DNA of 38,193 nt from Alphaproteobacteria bacterium. GTDB lineage: Bacteria; Pseudomonadota; Alphaproteobacteria; Rs-D84. Position 1 is the first letter of the stretch. The number at the start of each line of letters is the position of its first letter. The DNA is taken from positions 1 through 38,193 of the forward strand of contig JAFZTZ010000022.1 in assembly GCA_017618595.1 (NCBI GenBank). The letters are read 5' to 3'. Under the pieces are notes generated by a model. The model worked only from the letters and a program-made list of their open reading frames with translations. It had not been told where the DNA came from and searched no databases. The translations under genes and the position numbers were made by a program. Below are positions 1 through 8,390 of the stretch, piece after piece.

Positions 1-1157
1 CCATCGTCGCCAACCTGTAATGCCTTGCCCGCGTTTGCGGCGCCCTGGGCTTTATCAACCTTGCCCGCGATATCTACACCAATTGCGCCCGTAATATCAC
101 GCGCAACGACATCACCATCATCGCCAATTGCCAAAACTTTGCCCGCGTTCGCACGATCTTGGTTTTTATCCAATTTTTTATCCAAATCGTCGCCAACGCT
201 GTCCAATAACTGATCAACTTCGGATGTGGAATATACGACATTACCCGGGGTTATATGACCCGTCGCGTCAACCATCATAACCTTGCCCGATGCGCCGGTA
301 CCCTGGTTTTTATCCAGTTTCGTTTCCATATTCGTGTTAATTGTGCTGATACTGCTGTTGATATTATCAATCTGCGATTGTTTATCCGTTAACGTTTCGT
401 TAATCGTGCTGATATCATTGTTAATCGTGCTGATATCGCCCGCAATGGTATCCAATTGCGTTTGGATATTATCAACCTTGGTATTGATATAACTGTTCAC
501 ATCGCCGAAATCAACATGACGTTGAATAACATCCCATGAAACCAAATCACGCCATGCCTCTTGGGCTTCGCCATCACGCGCAACATAACGCCATTTGATG
601 CCCGTATCATTATCCGCATTCAATTCAACCGGACGACCATCCGCACCCGGACGTAATTCCAAATCGGCAATAAGGTTATCGGTATTTAATGAAACTTCGT
701 CATTACTAATTGTGATATAACGTGTATCTTTCAGGATGACCTGCTTTTCGGCCTCTAACTGTTCAATTTGATGTTCGATATTTTCAATTCTGTCTTCGCG
801 AATTGTATCGGAACCACCGGCCGCACCACCGGACTGACTAATCGATTTTGGTGCGCCAACATATTTACCAATGGATAAACGCTGGCCGGATCCAGAACGA
901 GATGATGTTGATGTTTTTGCTGTACCGGTTGCCGCCTTTGTTGCACCCGACACAGTTGCCGATGGGCGAACATAACTGCCGGTGGCACGTAATGAACCCG
1001 CACGCGATGTATTCGTCGCACCCTGGGCCGCCGATGTCGCGGATGAATATGACCCCGTTCCACCAACATTACGAACCGATGCCGCCGCATGTACCGCGCC
1101 GGAAACCGCCACCGCACATACTATTGCAACCAATGAAGTTCTTATTCCCTCTCTCAT
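1..1157 (-). CDS. Secreted repeat-rich, phage-tail-fibre-like surface protein. The N-terminus is present and the C-terminus runs off the left window edge.
   Basis: My own translation from the ATG at 1157 (complement) stays open to position 1, about 385 codons. It is absent from the ORF track because there is no in-window stop. It starts with a signal peptide, MREGIRTSLVAIVCAVAVSGAVHA|AA, followed by an S/T/G/A-rich region. Heptads follow (ISTINND/ISTINET/LTDKQSQ/IDNINSS/ISTINTN). Three repeats of the type LDKNQG..(N)AGKvLxvGdDG come next. A purine-rich RBS (AGGGAAGAAAAGAG) lies directly upstream of the ATG. Confidence 0.7.
   Translation of the reverse strand, partial: MREGIRTSLVAIVCAVAVSGAVHAAASVRNVGGTGSYSSATSAAQGATNTSRAGSLRATGSYVRPSATVSGATKAATGTAKTSTSSRSGSGQRLSIGKYVGAPKSISQSGGAAGGSDTIREDRIENIEHQIEQLEAEKQVILKDTRYITISNDEVSLNTDNLIADLELRPGADGRPVELNADNDTGIKWRYVARDGEAQEAWRDLVSWDVIQRHVDFGDVNSYINTKVDNIQTQLDTIAGDISTINNDISTINETLTDKQSQIDNINSSISTINTNMETKLDKNQGTGASGKVMMVDATGHITPGNVVYSTSEVDQLLDSVGDDLDKKLDKNQDRANAGKVLAIGDDGDVVARDITGAIGVDIAGKVDKAQGAANAGKALQVGDD
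336..440 (-). repeat. 21-nt periodic tandem repeat (five heptad units) inside the fibre-like CDS
   Basis: gttaatcgtgctgatatc occurs at 399-416 and again at 420-437, 18 nt identical. Degenerate copies sit at 336, 357 and 378. The repeat encodes ISTINxx heptads and is coding, not a CRISPR array. Confidence 0.8.
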
Positions 1158-1240
1158 CTCTTTTCTTCCCTACTCTGTGATATTATATCACATTTTTTCC
1201 CATTCTAAAAATTGTTTTTCAAATTTTTTTAACTTTTTTT

Positions 1241-2173
1241 TTAGAATTCAAAACGCAGACCAACCTTAAACGATGTATCTACGATATATCCTGTTTTGAT
1301 TTCTACGGATTCCAATGTGCCGAACCCTGTAACGCCACGTTCCCACTTTGGTCCTTCGAACCCGGCGATGCGCGCACGCAAATCCAACACCACGCGATCA
1401 GACAAATAACGTGTCCAACCACCCATCAACGCACCCATAAATGATGTTTGACGTTCGGTGCTGGTACCTGGTATGAATTGTATCCAGTCCATAGATGCCT
1501 TGGGGAATGCCATACCGGCACCAACACCAAGGTAAAATCCAGTTATGAAATCATAATATGCATTCAATGTCGCATATGGCGCAGACAATTTAAATGTAAA
1601 ACCATTGTCGGAATCATCAAATTGGCTGATATAACCGGCTTCGATATCAACACGAACCGCCGGGTTCAAATGCAAACCAACAAATATGTCGCCACCCAAT
1701 ACCGGTCTCATAAAATACTCATCATGATCCGAACCCAAATCTGCCGCCGCGGTAATTGGTGTCGCCTTGTATCTGTTTTTCCAAGAAACCAAATCAACAC
1801 CGATACGGCCACCGATATATCCGCCCGCCATATCGCTGTGTGTCGTTGCGACCGGTGTGGGTTCTTCTTCGAATTGGTCGTCGTATGCTTCGCTATAATC
1901 ATTATAATATTTTTCATCTTCTTCGAACGATGCACGACGATCATGCATCGCGGCGCTGCGTTCTATTGGAACCATACGGTATTCAGGCCCAACTTCTTGG
2001 GTTTCAAACATGCTGTTGTCATACATGGTTTCCGGGTTGTGCGCCGTCACATATATAACGCGATATTTTTTCGGCTTGCACCCGCATTTTTTGCCACCGC
2101 TGGTACAGTCAGACGCAAATCCAACGCCCGTTGCAACCAATAATGCACTTATTCCAACCAATAACTTTTTCAT
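1241..2173 (-). CDS. Outer-membrane beta-barrel protein (Omp25/OmpA-like small barrel) with an acidic N-terminal extension
   Basis: The signal peptide is MKKLLVGISALLVATGVGFA|S. The C-terminal half has alternating hydrophobic strands and ends in the OMP signature ...GLRFEF. An AGGAGAA RBS lies upstream. Confidence 0.7.
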   Translation of the reverse strand: MKKLLVGISALLVATGVGFASDCTSGGKKCGCKPKKYRVIYVTAHNPETMYDNSMFETQEVGPEYRMVPIERSAAMHDRRASFEEDEKYYNDYSEAYDDQFEEEPTPVATTHSDMAGGYIGGRIGVDLVSWKNRYKATPITAAADLGSDHDEYFMRPVLGGDIFVGLHLNPAVRVDIEAGYISQFDDSDNGFTFKLSAPYATLNAYYDFITGFYLGVGAGMAFPKASMDWIQFIPGTSTERQTSFMGALMGGWTRYLSDRVVLDLRARIAGFEGPKWERGVTGFGTLESVEIKTGYIVDTSFKVGLRFEF

Positions 2174-2283
2174 GTTTTCTCCTGTTTATTTTGATACACA
2201 TATTATACCACATTTTTACCCCCCTTGCAAATTGCAATTCAAAATAATTGACCCGTTTTATTTTTTTTACTAAACTGACCCGT

Positions 2284-3054
2284 ATGGAAGACAATACAAT
2301 CATATCTTTCGCCAATGTGGGCGCGCGTTACGACAATAATCCGGATATTTTGACCGACGTGTCTTTTAATATTAGTGCGGGGTCTTTTTACTTTTTATCG
2401 GGCGCATCGGGCGCGGGTAAAACGACGCTGTTGCGCCTTATTTACCAGCTGCACAAGCCATGTCGTGGAACGATAAAATTATTCGGCCAGGTCACAAACG
2501 GTATGTCGCACGATGAAATTACGGCGATTCGTCATAAAATGGCAATAGTATTTCAATCCTATTCGTTACTATCGCATATTTCGGTGTTTGATAATGTCGC
2601 GTTGCCCCTGCGCGTGCGTGGCGTTGCCGAAGATAAAATTAAAAAATTGGTTACGAAAACTTTGGACTGGGTCGGTTTGGGGAAATATGCAAATGTGAAC
2701 CCATTAACACTTTCGGGGGGACAACAGCAACGCGTTTCGGTGGCGCGCGCAATTATTTTGCAGCCGGCAATTATGTTGGCGGACGAACCAACTGGAAATC
2801 TGGACGATGAAAATGCGTCACGTTTGATGGAACTGTTTATCCAAATGAATAAAATGTTTGGGACAACTATTATTTTGGCGACACATAATTCAAAACTGAT
2901 CGAAACGTACAAGTTCCCAATTATGCACGTGGAAAATCATAAACTGAATTTCATCGGGCAAAAGGCACCCGCACCCAAGAAAAACCGTACCAGCGCCGAT
3001 GATGATTACTTTGCGGAACTGGCCAAACAATTTAAAGATATTGGAAGTAAATAG
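2284..3054 (+). CDS. ftsE: Cell-division ABC ATPase FtsE
   Basis: Walker A is GASGAGKTT, the ABC signature is LSGGQQQRV and Walker B is IMLADEPTGNLD. It is followed directly by ftsX. The ATG at 2284 (MEDNTIISFANV...) is preferred over the TTG at 2248. There is a roughly 35-aa C-terminal extension. Confidence 0.85.
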   Translation: MEDNTIISFANVGARYDNNPDILTDVSFNISAGSFYFLSGASGAGKTTLLRLIYQLHKPCRGTIKLFGQVTNGMSHDEITAIRHKMAIVFQSYSLLSHISVFDNVALPLRVRGVAEDKIKKLVTKTLDWVGLGKYANVNPLTLSGGQQQRVSVARAIILQPAIMLADEPTGNLDDENASRLMELFIQMNKMFGTTIILATHNSKLIETYKFPIMHVENHKLNFIGQKAPAPKKNRTSADDDYFAELAKQFKDIGSK

Positions 3055-3056
3055 TA

Positions 3057-3899
3057 ATGAAAAAACCAATTGTATTTTCTTTGTTTCGTGAACAGTCTGT
3101 CTTTATGACGGCGGTGATGGGAATTATGACTTTCTTGGCCGTGATGGCATTGGGAATTTCCATCGCAATTGGAACCGGTGTTACGCGATGGAATCGTCAA
3201 TGGGATTTATATGCGACTGTTCAGGTTACCGGCAATGATAATGCCAGCGCGGTTGAAAAAATTATCAAATCCAATGGCGACAAATTTACCGAATCGCGCG
3301 AAATATCAAATAATGAAATGGTAAAACTGATGCAGCCATGGATTTCCGGCGGCAGCAGCGTTTTGGAAAAATATCTGCCCAAAATGTACGAGGTTAAATT
3401 TAAAACCGAATCAGATATGAAACCGATTCGCGAACAAATCAAACCATATGGCCGATTCGTCACACACCAAGATGCCCTGCGCCCATCGATTTCTGCGGGT
3501 TGGAAAATGGTCGGCATTTTGTCGGTTGTGTTGGCGATTATTATCGCAACTATTGGTATTTGTATTTCGTTCATTGCGCGTAATATCGCCGTTCTGCATA
3601 AACGGGAATTAGAAATCTTAAATCAAATCGGGGCCAGCGATTCATTCGTCGCGCACCAGATGCAAATTATCGTTGCAAAAATCTGTATGGTCGCGTGCAG
3701 CGTTGGATTTATCGTCGCGATTCCAATCATACTTGCAATAATTGGTGTTGCACATTCCGCACGTGTCGGTTTAATGGCAACAATTGGAATATCGGGTGGC
3801 GGTTGGTTGGTGTTATGCTGTGTGCCAATTGCAATTGTATTATTTGCAATATTTATAACGAAACGGACAACTATTAAGATACTGAATCAAGAACAATGA
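3057..3899 (+). CDS. ftsX: FtsX-like permease
   Basis: One N-terminal TM is followed by a periplasmic loop and three C-terminal TMs. The gene starts 2 nt after the ftsE stop. Confidence 0.75.
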   Translation: MKKPIVFSLFREQSVFMTAVMGIMTFLAVMALGISIAIGTGVTRWNRQWDLYATVQVTGNDNASAVEKIIKSNGDKFTESREISNNEMVKLMQPWISGGSSVLEKYLPKMYEVKFKTESDMKPIREQIKPYGRFVTHQDALRPSISAGWKMVGILSVVLAIIIATIGICISFIARNIAVLHKRELEILNQIGASDSFVAHQMQIIVAKICMVACSVGFIVAIPIILAIIGVAHSARVGLMATIGISGGGWLVLCCVPIAIVLFAIFITKRTTIKILNQEQ

Positions 3900-4423
3900 A
3901 GTTATTCCATCCATCTTTTTGGTTGATTTGTCTGTTTGTGGTTGGGGGCATTGCATTCAAATTGACACGTCCAAATGATTGTGGTTTTATATTGCAAAAC
4001 GACAGCATTTTTGTTTTGACCGGTGATTTTCGGCGTATTCCATTTGCAATGAAACAAATTGAAAAATATCCGGATGCAGACCTGTATATAATCGGTGCCG
4101 GTGCGGAATCCCAATACAAGAATACGAATCGCGCGACAATAGAATCAGAATCAAAATCAACATATCAAAATGCGGTGGCGATACGCAATATTGCGGAAAA
4201 ATCTGGTTTGGATCGAATCGTTTTGATTACAACCGAAGATCACATACGCCGCGCAAAATATCTGGTTCAATCTGAACTGCCGGCGGCCACAATTGTTGCG
4301 TGTCCGGTTGCACTCTCCAATATGCCACCATCACGCCGTTTGGAACGTTGGTTTATTGAATATGTAAAATACATTGCCACAATGCTTGGCATCAAAGAAA
4401 GCCCACATTTTTTATATAGATAA
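3896..4423 (+). CDS. DUF218 (YdcF/ElyC/SanA) family protein
   Basis: It has an N-terminal TM and the motifs IFVLTG...YIIGAG...IESESKSTYQNA...IVLITTEDHIRRA. An ATGA overlap joins it to the ftsX stop. Confidence 0.7.
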   Translation: MKLFHPSFWLICLFVVGGIAFKLTRPNDCGFILQNDSIFVLTGDFRRIPFAMKQIEKYPDADLYIIGAGAESQYKNTNRATIESESKSTYQNAVAIRNIAEKSGLDRIVLITTEDHIRRAKYLVQSELPAATIVACPVALSNMPPSRRLERWFIEYVKYIATMLGIKESPHFLYR

Positions 4424-4438
4424 TATAAAGGTATACAG

Positions 4439-5146
4439 ATGTTTCGTACAATAATATTCAAAATAATTTTGTTTCTATATTTTGCCGCGTGGTCGCCATT
4501 ATTGCTGATTGGGTTGGTATCAAAAAAATTAACCAGCAAGTTAATTATACTGGATGCAATGGGCGTATTATTTTTGGCGCGGGTAATTTGTGGAATAAAG
4601 TATAAGATATTCTATCCACCAGTCGAAGAAAACGGTATTCCCGTAACACCGAATGATAATATTAGATATGATGGCAAGGCGATTATTGCATCCAAACATA
4701 TGTCTATCTTAGAAGTCGCAATACTTGTTACCAACATTCAAAATCCATTTTTCATATTAAAACGTGAATTGTTATGGATTCCAATATATGGTTGGGCATT
4801 TTGGCGCATGGGAATGCAACCGGTAAACCGCGAACGTGGCGCAACAAATATGAAAAAATTGACCGCCGAGGTTGCAAATAAAATTATGAACGGCCAAACA
4901 CTTATCATCTTTCCCGAAGGAACGCGTGTTAAACCCGGCCACCCAGTTCCATTGCGTCGTGGTTTGATGTTCTTGGCCCAGACATTAAAATTGCCGATTA
5001 TTCCGGTTGGAACGGATGCCGGAATTTATTGGCCAAAACGTGGCCGTATGAAATCGGGAACTGCAACGATGCACTTTGAACCAATAATTGCATCTACATC
5101 ATCATTAGAAGAAATTGGTGCGGCCATAAATCGCCATAGCGCATAA
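4439..5146 (+). CDS. plsC: 1-acyl-sn-glycerol-3-phosphate (lysophospholipid) acyltransferase
   Basis: It has N-terminal TM helices, an acyltransferase motif I variant (SKHMSILE), the FPEGTR motif and a proximal AAAGG RBS. Confidence 0.75.
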   Translation: MFRTIIFKIILFLYFAAWSPLLLIGLVSKKLTSKLIILDAMGVLFLARVICGIKYKIFYPPVEENGIPVTPNDNIRYDGKAIIASKHMSILEVAILVTNIQNPFFILKRELLWIPIYGWAFWRMGMQPVNRERGATNMKKLTAEVANKIMNGQTLIIFPEGTRVKPGHPVPLRRGLMFLAQTLKLPIIPVGTDAGIYWPKRGRMKSGTATMHFEPIIASTSSLEEIGAAINRHSA

Positions 5147-5148
5147 CA

Positions 5149-5565
5149 TTATTTAATATTACACCATTTATCGCGGCGACCACCATTATACTTGCGACCC
5201 AACCCTTCGCGTACAAGGACATTTCCAACATCGCGCCCACGGCTATCAAACACATTGGCATCTATTCGCCCCAGATATTTATCATCTTTGATATTGGTTA
5301 ATTCGACCATTGTGCCAACGGGAATTATTTCACCCAAGCGCGCACGCGCCTGTTGCGCCTTGGTCTTTTCGTATTCACATTCACCGTTTATTTCGGGCGT
5401 ATCAACATTGCGTAAACGAACCCGAACAGAAATTTCAATATCGCCTTCTAACTTTACCACACCGGAAAAAGTATCGCCATCTATGATATGGCCGACGCGC
5501 GCCGGCACCGCCATTGCGAAAGATGTGAAAAACATCGAACAAACGGCGGCCGTTAAATACTTCAT
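5149..5565 (-). CDS. Secreted staphylococcal-nuclease (SNase/thermonuclease)-like nuclease
   Basis: The signal peptide is MKYLTAAVCSMFFTSFAMA. SNase catalytic motifs are IIDGDTF, RLRNVDTPE and DKYLGRIDANV. The ATG at 5565 overlaps the tolB stop (TAATG). Confidence 0.75.
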   Translation of the reverse strand: MKYLTAAVCSMFFTSFAMAVPARVGHIIDGDTFSGVVKLEGDIEISVRVRLRNVDTPEINGECEYEKTKAQQARARLGEIIPVGTMVELTNIKDDKYLGRIDANVFDSRGRDVGNVLVREGLGRKYNGGRRDKWCNIK

Positions 5566-6887
5566 TACGGCAACCTTGGCGACCATGTTGGTTCAACACC
5601 GTTTATACCATCTGGCAATTCAATGTCGTACAGATTTTGGCCGGTAATATCAACGCTGCGAATATGGCTCATGCGTTCAATATCGTCACTAGCACGTTCC
5701 GTTTCATAATATACCAACCGACGTGAACCAGGTGCCCAAGATGGCGCCTCCATAAACCAACCACCCGCCAAGATTTTTTCGTTTTTACCGTTTTCATCCA
5801 TTATCCCAACATAGAATGTATCATCTGCCATCTTGGTAAATGCGATGAATTGTCCATCTGGGGACCATGCTGGCGTGGCATAGCGCCCTGCCCCATATGT
5901 GATACGTTCTATTTTGCCCGTATCTAAATCCAGGATATGAATCTGCTGGCTGCCGCTGCGATCGGAATTAAACGCAATTTTACGACCATCAGGTGAATAA
6001 GACGGACTGGTGTTAATAGAATCGCCCTTGGTCAATTGTCTAAATTCATTTGTTTCAATGTTGTATTCATATATATGTGTAATACCGTTCTTAACCAACG
6101 ACAATGCGGCACGCGTTCCATCCGGCGAAAAGCGTGGTGCAAAATTCATTCCACCGAAACTGCCTAATCTGCGTTGTTCGCCGGTATCCAAATTCAAAAC
6201 CCAAACCATTGGATCATCATCATAATATGACAGGAACACAACCGATTGCATATTGGGTGAAAAATGCGGCGACATAACAAATGTTTTGGCATCCGACAGA
6301 TAACGCAGGCCATAACCATCTTGGTCCATAATCGCCATACGCTTTACACGTTTATCCACGGGACCTGTTTCCGCAATAAATACGATTTGGGTATCAAAAT
6401 AACCAACCTCGCCGGTCAGGCGTTCATAGATAGCATCCGACATAATATGCCCCAAACGGCGAACGGACTTTTTTGATGCGACCAAACTTTGCGCTTCTAT
6501 CTGTTCTTTACCCGGAATATCCCAAACAAAGAAATCCAATTGATATTTTTTATCTTCGGTCTTGCTAAGTTTTGCCTGGACAAGCACCTGGGTCTTGACC
6601 GCGGTCCATAATTTAAAGTCCGGCATTGCATCCAATTTCACATATTCAGGAAACGCATTATGATTTACAATATGGAACAACCCGGTGCGCTTTAAATTTT
6701 CTTCCACGATTTTTCGTATTGTCGCCGCATCAGATGATGACGCCCCCGATCCCAATTCTATTTTTTGAACCGCAACAGAAATTGGTTCGGTTGTTCCGGC
6801 AACAATATCAACTTTCAATTCCGCGTGCGCGCGCGTTACAAATAAACCACATACAATAAATAACGAACAAAGAATCTTTTTTATCAT
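5565..6887 (-). CDS. tolB: Tol-Pal system periplasmic beta-propeller protein TolB
   Basis: The signal peptide is MIKKILCSLFIVCGLFVTRAHA. A TolB N-domain is followed by repeated ...SP.wSPDG..iaF... propeller blades. An AAGGAAAGG RBS precedes the ATG at 6887. Confidence 0.9.
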   Translation of the reverse strand: MIKKILCSLFIVCGLFVTRAHAELKVDIVAGTTEPISVAVQKIELGSGASSSDAATIRKIVEENLKRTGLFHIVNHNAFPEYVKLDAMPDFKLWTAVKTQVLVQAKLSKTEDKKYQLDFFVWDIPGKEQIEAQSLVASKKSVRRLGHIMSDAIYERLTGEVGYFDTQIVFIAETGPVDKRVKRMAIMDQDGYGLRYLSDAKTFVMSPHFSPNMQSVVFLSYYDDDPMVWVLNLDTGEQRRLGSFGGMNFAPRFSPDGTRAALSLVKNGITHIYEYNIETNEFRQLTKGDSINTSPSYSPDGRKIAFNSDRSGSQQIHILDLDTGKIERITYGAGRYATPAWSPDGQFIAFTKMADDTFYVGIMDENGKNEKILAGGWFMEAPSWAPGSRRLVYYETERASDDIERMSHIRSVDITGQNLYDIELPDGINGVEPTWSPRLP

Positions 6888-7097
6888 AAAAACACCTTTC
6901 CTTTTATCCTTTACGAATTGCATTTTATATTATCGCCAAACAAAGTGCAAGCCAAGATAAAAACAAACGCATTTTTACCAACATAAATTTTTATATCCGT
7001 CGCCCAAAATTTACAAAAAAATTGCCACGATTTTCGTAACACAAAATACAACACAACCGTAAATACCACAGTAAACACAGCGGTCTAGACATTTGTA

Positions 7098-7125
7098 TTG
7101 ACAAGTGTAAATACAATGGTATAGT
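7098..7125 (+). promoter_or_regulatory. Sigma70-type promoter of the RHH/DinD-like cassette, overlapped by an operator-like inverted repeat
   Basis: TTGACA (7098-7103), a 16-nt spacer, then TATAGT (7120-7125). The inverted repeat TTGTATT (7093-7099)/AATACAA (7110-7116) brackets the -35 element. Further direct copies are AAATACAA at 7044-7051 and AAATACCA at 7061-7068. Confidence 0.55.
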
Positions 7126-7169
7126 GGGTTGTAAAGACGGTTGTGTTGAACAATGTATAGGGGTCGAAA

Positions 7170-7400
7170 ATGCCAAATGTTATGCAGCAACTTTTTGTAA
7201 TGAACATTGAATCACTATTACGTGAATATGCAGCGTATCGCGCATTTAATAAATCGGACGCGGTTATAAATATGCGTATTCCACGTCCCGTCCTGGATCG
7301 ATTAAAAGAATTGGCCGCCGCACAACATGTGCCCTATCAATCACTCATCTCATCTGTTTTATATTCTATCGCGCATACGGACGATTCCGGCAACCAATAA
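7170..7400 (+). CDS. Ribbon-helix-helix (CopG/BrnA-like antitoxin family) DNA-binding protein
   Basis: The C-terminal segment INMRIPRPVLDRLKELAAAQHVPYQSLISSVLYSI matches the BrnA/COG3514-type pattern i.lRlp..ll..lK..A...g.pYQtLI..iL as I recall it. Confidence 0.6.
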   Translation: MPNVMQQLFVMNIESLLREYAAYRAFNKSDAVINMRIPRPVLDRLKELAAAQHVPYQSLISSVLYSIAHTDDSGNQ

Positions 7401-7415
7401 CCAAAAGGACTTCAC

Positions 7416-8345
7416 ATGAGTATCTATCCAAACGCCAAAGAATTTCGTAATCTTAATGGCGCCCGTCACGATTACCGTTTTCAACACGAATTATCATTGT
7501 GGCCAGATTTGGTTCCAAATGGAAAATATATTGTGCGCGCAAACGAATATTGGATGTTAAGCGATTTATTGGATATCATTCAACCCGCCGACAGAGAATA
7601 TTATTCCGCCCCATTAACATTAGAAATCGCACTTAGCCAAAACACGCCAAAGCCATTTGCAAAAAACCTATCACAAAACCATATTTATTATAATGACGAA
7701 AAATCTGACATAGAATTAACACGTTATGCCGCATGGGCACTGGTCAAAGAAATCGGTAAAAAGACACCAACCACATTTTTCCAAGAATATTTTCTTAATC
7801 CAAAACAACCAATAGAATATATTTCCAAAAAGGTCAACCAGACCGAACGTCTGGTACTGCGTGCCCAAAGTAAAGAGTTAACAAAACAATTGGATGGCAT
7901 CTTTTATTCATTGGGCGCCGCCCCAAGACACTTCGCCGAATTTAACCATCAAAAAATGGGGTGGTTATTTTATGGCAAAACAAAACAAGATTTAGTTAAA
8001 ACATATCAATTACTTCCGAACATCGCAAATCCAAAACCTAAAATACTTGCAGACCCAAGTCGTGTAAACTTGCAAGATTACATGAACGTGCGATTACTTA
8101 GTGCGTATATTGACGCGATGAAAAAAATTATTGAACAATGGGATGAAAACCCAAACCAGCACAACTATGAATACCTAAGCAACATCACATACAATGCAAT
8201 TAAAAGTTTATGCATTGACTTTTCTTGTCATGACACCAGCACACTTGGCAACCTTAGCAGGTTCGGTGTAAAAACCATTGAACATTGGCAAAAAGAACGT
8301 GAAACAGATTTTGCCAAAAATTACATAAATAAAAGAATCAGATAA
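7416..8345 (+). CDS. DinD (DNA-damage-inducible protein D)-like protein
   Basis: DIELTRYAAWALVKE resembles E. coli DinD DIVLSRYACYLVVQN. ERLVLRAQSKELTKQL...HFAEFNHQKMGWLFYGKT resembles DinD EKRLFLRNELKEHNKQL...DFAIFQNHGYQGLYGG. The gene starts 15 nt after the RHH gene, with an AAAGGA RBS. Confidence 0.5.
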   Translation: MSIYPNAKEFRNLNGARHDYRFQHELSLWPDLVPNGKYIVRANEYWMLSDLLDIIQPADREYYSAPLTLEIALSQNTPKPFAKNLSQNHIYYNDEKSDIELTRYAAWALVKEIGKKTPTTFFQEYFLNPKQPIEYISKKVNQTERLVLRAQSKELTKQLDGIFYSLGAAPRHFAEFNHQKMGWLFYGKTKQDLVKTYQLLPNIANPKPKILADPSRVNLQDYMNVRLLSAYIDAMKKIIEQWDENPNQHNYEYLSNITYNAIKSLCIDFSCHDTSTLGNLSRFGVKTIEHWQKERETDFAKNYINKRIR

Positions 8346-8349
8346 AAAA

Positions 8350-8372
8350 ATAGGCGCCGCAATGGCGCCTAT
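8350..8372. terminator. Bidirectional intrinsic terminator hairpin
   Basis: Stem ataggcgcc, loop gcaat, stem ggcgcctat, flanked by an A-run on the left and TTT on the right. It sits between convergent genes. Confidence 0.6.
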
Positions 8373-8390
8373 TTAAATCACTATCTTTTA

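Noticed and set aside
336-440. A regular short tandem repeat that could be mistaken for a CRISPR or minisatellite locus
   Set aside because: The period is 21 nt with no spacers. It lies in frame inside a long ORF and encodes heptads.
1176-1192. The palindrome TGTGATAT-T-ATATCACA read as a CRP-binding site
   Set aside because: The half-site spacing is N7 rather than N6. The centre is a TATAAT -10 box of the downstream gene, and the same TGTGnTATAAT core recurs at many promoters without the second half-site.
1448-2143. A 231-aa plus-strand ORF, and smaller ones, overlapping the OMP gene
   Set aside because: It is antisense to a well-supported OMP CDS with a signal peptide and a C-terminal Phe signature. 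The product is low-complexity with no motifs and no RBS.
5144-5151. Convergent genes plsC/nuclease, and fba/447-aa gene at 10346-10354, ending 2-3 nt apart with no terminator
   Set aside because: Tight convergent packing is common in compact genomes, and nothing further can be deduced from the sequence.
6991-7176. A 61-aa minus-strand ORF in the tolB/RHH intergenic region
   Set aside because: It has no RBS, an odd composition, and overlaps the promoter and operator of the RHH cassette.
7044-8372. The RHH/DinD-like cassette as part of a mobile element or prophage
   Set aside because: There is no integrase, transposase, tRNA, flanking direct repeats or phage structural genes within several kb. 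Mobility cannot be supported from this window.
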